From: Paecilomyces variotii
Lineage: Eukaryota
DNA length: 64,000 bases
Reading direction: 5' to 3' (one strand)
Assembly: GCA_004022145.1 (NCBI GenBank)
Contig: RCNU01000003.1
A program made the translations under genes and the position numbers. This document shows, in pieces, positions 12,240 through 25,400 of the stretch (within the stretch, counting starts at the first letter, position 1; each line of letters opens with the position of its first letter). The notes beneath the pieces are model-generated. The model was given only the letters and a program-made list of their open reading frames with translations. It made no database searches and had not been told where the DNA came from.

Positions 12240-15200
12240 ACTTATCTAATATTAATACTAATATATTTATTATAGAAATAATAAGGGCGATAATTAAGTT
12301 TAATAAGATAATATAAAGACTCTTTTAGCAGCTTAATAAATAAAGAGAGCTATAATTAAATAAAAATTACGCTAACTTAAATAATAATATTATAAGTAAT
12401 ATTATAGCTATATTAATAAATATATATTTAAATAGCGTATTATTATAGAAGTAAGAGGAACTTAAGTTCTTTTAACTAAACCTTAAGAATTATAAATATA
12501 TTAGCTTAGGGCTAATTATTACTATAGATAGTTAAATATTTTATAAGAATATTTATCTATTTATAGAGTATATTTAAGATCTTATATTAATTAAGGGTAA
12601 AGAATAGATCTGGCTAAGGCTTTATATATTTTTTAAGGGATAAGCATTTTAATAATATATAGCGGAGCTCTTTAATTTTAAATAAAATAGCCTATAAGTA
12701 CGCCTTATAAAAGAGGTATAGATTTTACTATTAATAAAGTATTTTAAAATTAATACTAGTATAACTATATAGACTAGAAAGAATATTATACTTAATAATT
12801 AATATTAAGAATAGGGTTATATTATAGAGCTTTATATAAATAGTTATCTAGCTGCATAAAGTAATAAGCCTAAATATAATATATATATAGCTCTACTTAG
12901 CTTAGATAAAATTTTCTCTATATATATAAAAGGATCTTATTTACCCTAATAAGAATATATTACTAATACAGTTTATAGAATTAATAAATAAGGCCTATAT
13001 AATATAATAAGACTAGGCTAATTTAAAGAATTATTAATAACTAGCGCTATTATAGAATTAGTATAGTAATTATAGATATAGCAATTTAAGCTATTAGTAG
13101 TTATTACTATACTAGGCATATTAATATAGTAATTAAAGATAACCTAATAATCTAATACTATAACTATAGTAACCTTAAAACATAAGACTAATAGCTAATA
13201 TTCCCTAGAATTAAATAAAACAATTTATTAATAGAGGAGGTAGAAGAGGTAAATTCTCTATACTCTTTTAATTATTACTCGCACAGAATTATAACTAGTT
13301 TAACCTAGGGAATATTATCTAGTAAATACTCCTATAGAACTGTAATATAAATTTATAGCTATTTATGCTAAATTATAATTAAATAACCCTAAATAATATT
13401 ACTCTATAGCGAGCATATAATATATATATTAATAATAACTTAGAAGAATTAAGAGTAGAAGAGCTATAATTAATTATATAATCTGTATTTACCCTAATAA
13501 ATAATAAAAATAAGGGTTTTTTTACAGATAGATTTTACTAAGAGATCTATTATATAGAATATAGAGATATAAGAGTAAATAGCTATATTAGGTCAGATAA
13601 AGAAGTCTAATACTTTAAAGATTTAGGGGACTATATAAAGAATTATAGCGCTAACTACTTCGCCTATTATATTTAATTAAAGGTCCCTATCTATAAATAT
13701 TATATATATTCTTATAAATTTAAGTTAAATAATAATCTATACTAATACTTTTATAATATATAATTTAAGTATAATAATATAAAGGAGAAGCTAAAGATAC
13801 CCTTAGTATATAGAGAAGATATACTATAAATAGTATAGTTAATAGCACTAATATAACCCTAGATAAGTATAGGAAATTACTTTAGGGGATAGTATTATAT
13901 TAGAATAAAGGCTTATATAATAGACTTTTAAAAACATATTACTATCTGTTTAAATAATAATTATTCTATAACTATTATTAATAGATAATTTCTTTAATAA
14001 TAAGCTTTATATATACTATTATTAAATACCTTAAAGATTATTATCTAAGAGATTAGTAATATAGCCCTACTCTCTAGCTAGTTTACTTAACTTTTACTTA
14101 ACTTTTTAACTATCCTTAATAGCTAAAAGGTTAGGGCTAGAATTAATATAAAGGCGCACCTTATTAATAGCTTAAGAATAAATATTCTCTTAAATAATAA
14201 TATCCTTATACTTTAAGGGTTTATACTTAATATAGGTAATAGAACTGCTATTATTAATACCTGCTAAAGTATAATTATTCTGATAAAAATTATTATAAAA
14301 CTAGAGCATTATATACTTTAACCTATTTATTTAGCCTAGCAGATAATAATACTATTAAGATTTAATATATAACTACCTATTATAATAAAAAAAAAATTAG
14401 TTAATAATAGAGACTATCTTTTTAACTTATGCTATAATTATATCGCGCTCTTTATATATATAGTTAACGCTAATATAATATTTATTTAAGCCTCTAATTT
14501 TTTAGAGCAATTATAGGCTATCTTATAAAAGATATAATTAGAAATACTTAGTAAGTTAAATAATATAAATATTTTACTAATTAACTTTATAATAATATTA
14601 CTTATAAAATCTCTATAGAAAGGCTATAAAAAACTGACCTTAAAAATAGTATATAAGCTAAGCCTAAAATAAGTTATAGTAAAAGGTATTACTATTTATA
14701 AAAATAAAGATATTATTAATTAGCTATAGTAAATTATTAAATTATATAATATATAAGATAACTATAGCTTTACTAATATATTAAAAGATTAATAGATATA
14801 AATACTATTAAAGAAAGATTAAGAAACTTAGCTCTTATATTAATTTAAGGTTTACTTATTAAAACTAGTAGATTAAAAGGTTATAAATAATATTTTTAAT
14901 AAACTTTATAATTTAGGCTATATAAAATAGGCTAATAGCTATATACTTACTAAATATTTAATCTTTATTATTTAGAAAATAGTAAAAAAGAATAGCTAAT
15001 AGATATAAAAAGGGTATATAATAGTAGATATTTATGCATTAAACTAAGAAATAGAACCTAATATCTATTTTATTCTGCTATAAGATAAAATTCTAGTAAT
15101 AATAATAAGAAAGCCCTTTATTTCTATTTATAACACGATTTTATTCTTCTATTAATAAAGAGTATTCTTACTCTATTAGTTATAATTAGTAGTAGTAAAT

Positions 15201-17870
15201 TATTAAGGTTAAGAGGTTTTTAATATAGCTATAATAGGATTTTATAATATGCTTATTTATATTTAATAAATTATAGACTATTATTTATAGAAGTTTTAAA
15301 AGTTTATTTATATTTATATAAATAATCTAGTTATAGTATTAAAGATATTAAATAATTATAAGTAATACTTATATATACTCTTTTCTATAATATAGAAGCT
15401 TAATATTACTCTAAATCTTAAAAAGTTCTTTATTAAGTTTCTCTTAGTAACGCTGCTAAGTTATTAGGTTAATACCTTTAATATAGTTAACCTAGAGGAG
15501 AAGATAAAGGCTATAATAAACCTATCTTTCCCTACTATATTAAAAGACCTTAAATATTTTTTTACTCTTATAAAATAGTTCCGCTAATATATTTTAGAAT
15601 ATATAATTATTATAGATCTCTTATAAGACTATAAGATATTATTATTATACCTTAATCCTACTAAGAGAAAGCTATATTAGAAATTTATAACTAATACTTA
15701 AATAAACCTCTTAATTAAATAAGAGTTATAGTTATTTTAAAAAATTAAATAATATTTCTAGGATTTATTCTTTTTAGCCTACTTCTTACTAAAAAGACTA
15801 TTTTATATTAACCTTAATATAGCAGGTAGATTTAGGGTAAATATATTAAAATATAATCTTAGTATAATAGTATACTATTTATATAATAAAGTATTAGCAG
15901 ATAAATATTATCTTTTAGCAGCTAGCTTATTAGCTAAGGTAATATTAAGTAAATTAAAGGTGCAGCTAATTCTATTCCTGTTAAAATAATTAAACTTAAT
16001 AAAAATAAAATACTAGCTAATAAAGTTAGAGGTTATATATTTAATATAAATACTTAAGAAGATATACTATCTTATTAAAGCGTTAAGGTTAACTATTATA
16101 GTATTTATAGATTATAATATTACCCTAGCTATAGCTAAGTAGATTATACTAAAATCTAGTTTAATAAAGTAAATAAATTTATATCTAGTCTTTATAGCGC
16201 AATATATTTAATAATTTAACTTAAATCTTATTTATAAGCCCGGTAAAATTAATATAGTATTAAATATATTATCGCAGTTACTATTAGCTATAATAAAGCT
16301 ATATACCCCTTTACTAGAAGATATTAAAGATATAAATATCTTTATTACTAATATTAATAATAAGGCGAATATTTATTATATCTCCCTAGTTAAAATAAGC
16401 CTTAAGTTTAAAAAAAAATTAGTAAGAAGCTATTAAACAGACTCTAAGTAAAATAAAATCTTAAATAACCTATAAAATAAATTAAAGGTAATATTACTAT
16501 ATAAAATAGAAGATAGTCTTTTATACTTAGTTAATAGGTATAATAAATATTAATACCTATATATTCTATAATTAGTAATCTTAGAGATATTATAGCTTAC
16601 TTATAATTAGCTTAACTACCTTAAAATAAATAAGATATTAAATAGATTAAATAGCTTAGCTATTTATAAAATATTTAAGCTAATATAAGACTATATTATC
16701 TACTACCTTAAATATATAGTAAATTAAATATAATAATATTAGCCCTTTAGGTCTATATAGCTTATTATAATATTACTAATCTTATTTAATATATTAACTA
16801 TTAATTTTATTATAGGCTTACTTAAGACTAAGAATAGCTTTAATTAAGCTATATTAATAATATATAAGTTTACTAAGAGAATAATATTTATTCTAGGAAA
16901 AGCTACTTAAATAGCAGCTAATTAGGCAGTAGCCCTACTAAAATATCTATATATTAAGAACTAGGGTTTATTACAGAAAATTATCTCTAATAAAGACTTT
17001 AAATTTCTATTTAATTTATAGAAGGAACTTTTTAAATATCTAAATATTTAGCTATTATTTTCTATAATATTTTATCTATAAATAGATAGGTAATTAAAGC
17101 GAATAAACTAATAAGTAGAAATAACTCTTAAGTATTTTTTTAATATACTAAATATCTCTATAAATTAGCTTTTAGTATTATTATAGCTTTAGGAAGCTTT
17201 TAATAGTAATAAAAGTATATTTATAGGGCATATACTATATTAGCTAATATATAGTATTAAATTACTTATATTTATAGACCTTATATATAATATAAAATTA
17301 AAATAAAGCTTTATATATAGAATTAATATAAGAGAAGCTATAAAAATAGCAGTTATATCGGCTAAGTAATACTATAACTAGTAATATCTCTATATTACCT
17401 TTACGCCTAGTAACTAAGTCTATTTATACCTTTATAAAGGCTATTTAATACTGGTAATAAAGGTATTAGAAAGAAAGCTCTTATAATAATATATTAGACT
17501 ATTTAAGATAATTTAATATATAAGAAAACTAGTATATAAGCTAAAGCTACTACTATATTAAAGAGTATATAATATATTTTTAATAATATACTTAGAGCTA
17601 GCCCTGCTAGAGGATAACCCCTTTAATAAATAGTTATAACTACCGCTAGCACTATATATAGAAGAAGATAATATAAGAACTTATAAAATTAAGAAGTTTA
17701 TAAATAAGTATATTTAATATTATTACTAATATATTATAATAAAATACTTAATTTAATAAAAGAGCTAAGGATTAGAATATAATATATAGTATAATATTAA
17801 TAATCTCAGAGATATACTAGAGCTAATAAAAGAATATAAAGATAAAGTTATTAATAATTCTTTATATTTA
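12240..17870 (+). pseudogene. RIP-degenerate gag-pol of inner element (approximate bounds)
   Basis: Recognisable de-RIPed gag, PR, RT, IN and chromodomain motifs in gypsy order. Confidence 0.8.
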
Positions 17871-18316
17871 CTATTAGAAGAAGAGTTAGTATATTTAGCC
17901 TATATTAGCAATACTTTACTTATTTTATCCTTATATTATATCTATAGCTAACTCTAGTAAAATATTAGCTTAACTTCTCTTATTTAATATAAACTACTAC
18001 TTATTTTATATTATTATTAAATATTAATATATTAATAAATATCTTTATACCTAATAATAAAGATAAAGGCTATATTATTATTATATAATTAAGTATATAG
18101 TTAATAGAATAACTTACCCTATAAAAGAGATTAAAACTTTACTATAATATTTAAATAAAAGAAATATTATAAGACTATAAGGCTAAATAGAAATAATAGT
18201 TCTTAGACTTAATAAGATACTTAATATTAATATATTTAATATATGCTACTATAGTAATGCTAATATAGTTAAATAATATTCTAGAATTTTATTAGTAGAT
18301 TAAAGCATATTATTAA

Positions 18317-19320
18317 TATATCTTTAAAAAAGAATATTGCTATATTATAATAATAGAAGAACTTAATATTAATAAAAATCCTATAATTAAAGATTTAAAT
18401 TTAAGCTTTAATAATAGTATTAGTAAAAATCTTATAAATAAAGACTTAGATCTAAGCCCTAGCAATAGCCTTAATATTTACTCGCCTTAATTAATATAGC
18501 CCCTAACTATTAACTTAATATTAGAGAGTAATACTGATAATTTAATAGCAAAGAATAATATTAATAACTTAATAGATAATGCAAGCGCTAATAAAGAGAG
18601 AGAATAAATAAAAGGATAATATTTATAGAGATACTTAAATAAATAAAAATAGCCTAGTATAAATAATAAAAAATAATTTAGGAACTTATAACCCTAGAGG
18701 TAAGGTAACTTAATAGTTATTAAGGTAATATAGAATTGCTAAAATAATATAATCTATATAGGTAAATATTAGGTGTTTTTATAATTAAAATTATACTTTA
18801 TCTTTATAGCTATTATACTTATTTAGGAATTAAGCTCTAGGCGCCTAATTCTCTTAAAGCTAAAAAATCTGCTTATAGCTGCTATAAGAGTCTTAATAGA
18901 TATAATAAGAGAAAGGTTTTTAAGAAAAAGATAATAGCTTTACTAGAAAGAGCTATTAATCTTATTATATATAATAATTTTACTAGACTTACTATAGTAA
19001 TAAGAAAACTAATTTTATTATTTAATAGATAAGAATTATTAACTAGTTAAATATAATAATATTATTTTTTTCCCTTAGTATTATATATACAATAGCCTTA
19101 TTAACCTTATTAAATAGCTTTATTAAGGCTTCCTTAAAAGCTATTAGGCCCAGTTAAATATCTATTAATATAAATATTAACAATAAAAATAATAATAAAG
19201 AGTATAAGAATAGCTAGTTTTTTAGCAGAATAAATCTATAATTAGTATAATATAGCCTATTAAAACTATAAAAAAAGATATTATAAAGCTTTTAAATAAG
19301 GCCTTTTTAAATAAAGAGTA
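18317..19320 (+). pseudogene. Putative RIP-degenerate sense ORF3 downstream of inner pol, possibly with one intron (18700-18761)
   Basis: A 57-codon stop-free run at 18317-18487 (de-RIPs to D/E/S-rich sequence) and a ~63-codon stop-free run at 18841-19029 in another frame. A GTAAGG...GCTAA...TAG intron joins the two frames. Confidence 0.45.
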
Positions 19321-19384
19321 AGATAGCTATAATTATATCTAATTATAGTATAAATACTATTTCTTTTCTTAAAAAGAGAGTATC

Positions 19385-19529
19385 TATTATAAATATAGGC
19401 CTACTTTAGCTATATTACCTATATAGCGGGGTAATATTATATTACCTTTAGTATACTTAGTAGTAATATCTCTTAGTTAGAAGAATTAACTTTTTTATAT
19501 CCCTATTTTACTACAGCTACGCTATTATA
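19385..19529 (+). repeat. 3' LTR of inner element (145 bp)
   Basis: Direct repeat of 11118-11262, followed by the TSD CTTAA. Confidence 0.95.
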
Positions 19530-19534
19530 CTTAA

Positions 19535-22500
19535 TATCTTATATATTATTTAATTAACTTAGGTATTAATATAGTATATGCCTTAGTTAGATTTTATAAG
19601 ATAGCTAATATTCCTATTAATATAATTAAATAATTAAAGATATAACTTATAAATAGTTTAGCTATAATTATTTATAATACTGCAATAATACTCTTATAGT
19701 TAAATATATATTATATAGAATTATTTATATAAATAGTTAACCTTAATAATTTTAATATTATTTTAAATATAATATAGCTTTAGTCTATAAATTTAAAAAT
19801 TAATTAGGAAATAATATAAATTATAATTAATAATTATAATAGTTTAATATATTATTTAAGCTCTATCTTATAATATATAATAACTTATAATCTAGTTAAA
19901 AATATTAATAGTACCCTTATCTCTTATAATAAAGCTAAATATCTCTTTAAAAAAGATATTAAATTATAACTTTATATTATATAATAATTTAATAATATAA
20001 TAGATACTCTATCTATAATAAAATAAAAAGATATATTATTAGAAATTATAGCTATATTATAATAATTTAAATATTATTTTTAAGAAAAATTATTTAATAT
20101 AATTTTATTATTATAGCTAGGTAGTAATTATAAAATTAATATATAAGATGCTTAACTAATTAATATTAATATATATCTATTATTACCTTTATATAAGGAT
20201 AAAAAAGTATAATAAGTTAATAACCTTTATATTAAAAGAATTATTTATAAATTAGCCTTTAAAGTTTCTTAGCCTTATTTATAAAAAAACTAGATAAAAA
20301 ATAGAGAATATATATTAATTATTAAACTCTTAATATAGTTACTAAATATAATAAATATCTATTATTAAAAATCTAAGAATATTTTAATTAACTCTATAAT
20401 GCAGAAATTCTTAATAAATTAAATCTTATATAAGGTTACTATTAAATCTAGATTAAAGAAGAAGATATTCTAAAAATAGTATTTAATATATATTAAGAAA
20501 AATTTAAATTTATTATAATATTATTTAGATTAGCTAATATTCTAGCTATTTTTTAAGCCTTAATAAATAGGATTTTATATCTATATCTTAATAAATTTAT
20601 AATTATTTATTTTAATAATATTATAGTTTTCTCTCTAATATTAGAGGAGTATATTTATTACTTATCTATAGTTTTATAAGTCTTATCTAATAATTAATTA
20701 TTTATAAAGCTATTTAAATATATTTTTATAAAGCTATAATTAGAATTTTATAGATATAATATAGGCGGAGAGATAGTTTAGCTAATATAGTTAAAGATAA
20801 AGATTATTAAAGAATAGCTAATACCTATTAATATTTATAAGATTTACTAGTTCTTAAGATTAATATAATATTATTAATATTATATTAAGAATTTTATTAA
20901 TATTATTATACTCTTATTAGACCTTTTAAAAGAAAGCAATATATAATTATATAAATAGAAATATTATAGGATTAAATAGACAGTATAATATTAATATATA
21001 TTTAAATAATTAAAAAAAAGTATTATTAGTAAACCTATTCTCTAATTATTAAATATCTTTAAACTATTTATTTTTAAAATAAATACTAGCAATTAAGCAA
21101 TTAGTTATAATTTACTATAAAAAGATATAACTATAAAAGGCTTATATTTAATTACTTTTAAAGGTTATAAATTAATAATTTATAAAAAAAATTACTTAAT
21201 ATATAAAAAAGAATTGCTAGTAATTAAATATACTCTTATAATTTAATATATATATCTTAATAATAGATATAAGATTATAGTCCTTATTAATTATAAAAAT
21301 CTTAAATATATATAAATAATAAAAACTCTATTAAAACAATTAATATAATAATTAATAGATTTTTAAGATTATAATCTTAATATTAAATATTACCTAAGTA
21401 GTTAAACTATTATCCTAGATATAATATTATAATACCCTAACTTTATATTAGAAGAGAAAAAAGCAATATAATATATTATTAACTCTCTTATAATTAGATA
21501 AAATAAGGTAGAATAATATAATATAATAGTTACTATATTTAATAATAAAATAATATTGCTATAATACTTATAATCTATAATTAATAAGAAAAAGAATAAG
21601 TTTATATTTAATATAGAAGAATTCTTATAATATTATAATAGTAATAATAATATTCTCTATCTTTATTTATTCTTTTATAATAATTTCTTAGAAGAAATAT
21701 ATATAGATTATAGATACCTTAGATATTTAGCTTTATTTAAAGTTATATAACCTTATATATAGTAGCTAATAATATAGAAAGATATATAATACTTTATATA
21801 ATATTATCCTAAATATTAGGTAGTATAATAAATATAGCTAGGCCTTAAATATAAGATATTATAAACTTTTACTAGTTATAATATCTAATTATTTAATTAT
21901 TAGGTAATTAATCTTATTAGTATTTTATTAACTATATTAAACTATAATAAATAGATTATTACTATAATTAAATATATAATAAGATAGCTAGTTATAGAAG
22001 TATTATTAAATATAAAAAATAAAATAATTATAAAGTTTATCTATAATTATATCTTTATTAATTATAGAGCTTTATAGGAACTATTATTTAATAATAGCTC
22101 TAATTTCCTTTCTTAAATAATTATCTATTACTTAAAGATTATTAGTATATATTATTAGTATATTATATTATATTACTTAAAAACTAATAGTAAGATTAAG
22201 AATTATAATAATCTATTAGATAATATATTAATTAAAATACTTATTAATAAGCCTATCTATTTATAGGATAAATATCTTTTATAAGCAATCTTTATAATAT
22301 ATATTAGATTATACTAGACTATAAGGTATAGCTTCTTTTATCTCCTATATAAATATTATTTAATATTACTCTTTAATAATAATCTACTATATTTATTAGA
22401 GATTATAAATATAATTAAAGTATATAAAAAATAAATTGCTATATTATAATATACTTAGCTTATAGCTAATAGAAGATTATTAAAAAAAATAATATAAGTA

Positions 22501-23415
22501 TTATAAGTTTATTATAATAATATTATTAAGTCTTTTTTTAAATTTAATAAATAGGTACTTATTTATAATAAAGTATATTAAAAATTTAAAAGATATTAAT
22601 TTAAATTATATAAAATCCTTATAGCTTATTTTCTTAAAATATATTATTTAGCTAACTATAATAGCAATATTTTATAATATCTTATTAATAGAAATTAATT
22701 AATTCTAGTATATATATTTAATAATATAGTTTTATAATCTTAATTAACTCTAAAATAATAAATAGAATTATGCAAATTATATAATATTATTATAATCTTA
22801 CTAGAGGTAAATATTATTATTAATATAGAAGAATTACTATCTTTAATTTATAATAAACTTAATATAATAATATTAATAAAATGGCGGAGATTATATTAAG
22901 AAGCTATCTTATATTAAATATAAGAATAGCTATAAGAGAATTATCTTATATTATAATTATAACTAATTAATAAAACAGATAATAGTATTATATATAATAT
23001 AATAACTATTAAAAATTAAATATTAATAAAAGATTAAAATATTTTAAATAGACCTATTAATAAGCTAAATAAAGAACTTTTAATATCTATACTATTAATA
23101 TCTATAGTAAATATATTACTAAAGATTATTATTAGAATATTAATAATAAATAAATAGGATAATAGTAATAAAGAAATAGTAAATATATAGAAGCTAAAAA
23201 ATCTAATTATAGAGAATAATAACTATCTTAAGAATTTAAGATTAATAGATTTAATAATTATAACTAAGCTATTACTAATAGTGCTAATTAAATTTATTAA
23301 ATTATTATTATCTTATAATATTAATATCTATAACTTATAGTATAGGCTAAAATTAATTACTAACCCTTACTTTATTATATTTCCTCTTTAATAATATTAA
23401 AAGTAAAAGAATTAG
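19535..23415 (+). pseudogene. RIP-degenerate pol (PR-RT-RH-IN, long C-terminal tail, no obvious chromodomain) of outer element
   Basis: De-RIPed motifs LIDSG, WRMCVDY, YLDD, TDAS, IDLIG, YHPxTNG and WFGPY. The stop-poor frame continues to ~23410. Confidence 0.8.
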
Positions 23416-23649
23416 TTAAAAGTATAACTATTATAAAATTCTATTTAACTATAAATTCTATTAATAGTTAGGCTATTATATTATAATATTAATATTATCC
23501 CTAAAAACCTATAGAAACTACTATAAAGTATTATCTTAAAAAATATTTTAGTAAAATAAAAATAGAAATTTCTTAGAACTATAGATTTTTATTTATTATT
23601 AATATTAATAAATTATTACTCTTATTTTTATTACTCTTTAAACTCTCTA

Positions 23650-24750
23650 TATTATAATTATTAATATATAATAGAAATAAGCAGTTATTATATATTATCT
23701 TTATCTTTTATATTATTTTTTATAGTAAGACTATTATTATAATAATTAATATCTTTCTCTCTTTTAATAGTTATTATTATATTATTCTTATTCTCTTTAA
23801 ATATTATAATATTTTTATCCTATTTATAAATCTAATTAAAGATAAATTTTATTTTTTTCCTATTTTTCTCTAAAAATAAAATATATATAACTTCCTTATT
23901 TATCTAAGTCTAATATACTTTATTTAAAACGCGATTATCTAGAATAGTATATATATATCTAGTTATTATATTACAGAGAGTAATAATAATATTTAAAAGA
24001 TTAACTATTAATAATAATTTATTATAAGGCTTATATACTTATTTATAATCTAATATAATATATAAAAAATATAGATAATATTGCGCAGACTATAAAGAAA
24101 GAGAATAACTAAAAATAAGCTATATTTAGATAGATTATTATAATATTTCTATTATTAAAATAAATCTTTTAATTATATTTTTATAAGTATATTTATTTAT
24201 AGATATTATAATATTATTATAGAAATGTTTATATTTATTATTAATAGGTTTATCTTTATTAGATTTTATCTCTAATTTTTTAGAAGAAGAATTTTAAGCA
24301 ATTATATTATAAATAATATTAACTATATAATTAGTATAATTTAAGAAGGGGAAGGAATAATATAATAATTTACCTAAGAAATATTAGCCTTATTTTAAGA
24401 AATAAATATAATTTATATATATATTATTTATAACTCTAAGAACTAAAATATAATAATATAGCCTAAGGGCTATTTTTAGACTATAATATTTTACTTTATC
24501 TTTATTTTAATATATATTAATTATTTTTAAATTATTATATTAATTATAGGCTATAATTATTAATAATATCTGCGATATTATAATATATATTTATAAGGTT
24601 TATTAATAATATCCTTTATATATATAAGAATATTATTCTAGTATATTTCTTAAAAAATATTATTATATTATAAGACTATAATTTTATTATACTAATACTG
24701 CTTTAACTATTATATATTTTAAAAAGATAATAAACTTCTCTTAATTTAAG
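23650..24750 (-). pseudogene. Putative RIP-degenerate antisense, spliced accessory gene in the 3' region of the outer element
   Basis: One minus frame has ~11 stops per 220 codons from 24360 to 23700, with acidic tracts. A 51-nt intron-like segment at 24374-24424 has ATATAT (from GTATGT)...GCTAAT...TAG. Confidence 0.55.
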
Positions 24751-25028
24751 TAAATATAATATTAGCTAAGAGTATAAGATTTAGATCTAAAATAATAATA
24801 TCTCTATAATAAGATATTATAGAATTATAAAATTATAAAAATATATTTATATTTAAAACTACTATAAAGAAATAATAGAATAATTAATTTATTACCTATA
24901 AAAAGGAGTAATAAATATATAAAAAGAATTATATAGTGAAGTCTATAACCTTATATAACTTTATACCTTAAGCTAATGCGCTAGCCTAGTTATATTAAAC
25001 CTGATTAGCTCATTTAAAGAGGGGAGGA

Positions 25029-25126
25029 TATAGTCTTTTCTTATATTATTTAGCTTAGTTATTCTCTACTATATAGCCTTAGGCATAGATATCTCTTAGT
25101 AATCAACTTTCTTCTTCTGAACAACA
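25029..25126 (+). repeat. 3' LTR of outer element (98 bp)
   Basis: Direct repeat of 9045-9142, preceded by the PPT, ending in CA and followed by the TSD CGAT. Confidence 0.95.
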
Positions 25127-25400
25127 CGATGATGGCCCGTCCGCACGTGGTCGGCTGGGCCTGCCGACCGCAGAGCTTCACCTCGGCTCGCCCTTCCCCG
25201 TCGCCGACCCCGCCGACAAGCATAATATGAACGGAGATGCGCACCGCGACAGAATCCACGGTTAGTGAGTGAGCACTCCAGCGACTATTTTTCAGAGCTC
25301 GAATTCAAGTTTACTCGTTCGCAATGTCTATCCTCTATCAACAATCAAATCCTGTTGTCGCGCAACGCATTGAGAAATCTGGAAGTTGTGAGCCGTGACA

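Larger units (their letters stand above)
11118..19529 (+). mobile_element. Inner Ty3/gypsy chromovirus-type LTR retrotransposon (8412 bp), RIP-inactivated, nested in the outer element
   Basis: 145-bp direct LTRs, TSD CTTAA at 11113-11117 and 19530-19534, and PPT-like AAAAAGAGAG at 19371-19380. De-RIPed motifs: gag (EELGFFDP-like ~12455), PR (ICLDSGCS ~13945), RT (YIDDL ~15315), IN (IDFIVGL ~16800, IISDRDPKF ~16980) and chromodomain (YEIEK...YLxRWKxWG ~17680-17770). Confidence 0.93.
9045..25126 (+). mobile_element. Outer Ty3/gypsy LTR retrotransposon, RIP-inactivated, ~7.7 kb without the nested insert
   Basis: Direct 98-bp LTRs (TG...CA), CGAT duplicated at 9041-9044 and 25127-25130, and PPT AAAGAGGGGAGGA at 25016-25028. 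De-RIPed motifs occur in order PR (LIDSG ~19550), RT (YLDDIVVFS ~20608), RNase H (TDAS ~21080), IN (IDLIG ~21905, DNGSNF ~22090, GPY ~22600). Confidence 0.93.

Noticed and set aside
9045-25126. Centromere, organellar insert or contaminant explanation for the AT-rich block
   Set aside because: The block is fully bounded by LTRs and TSDs and contains gypsy motifs with CpA/TpG depletion typical of RIP.
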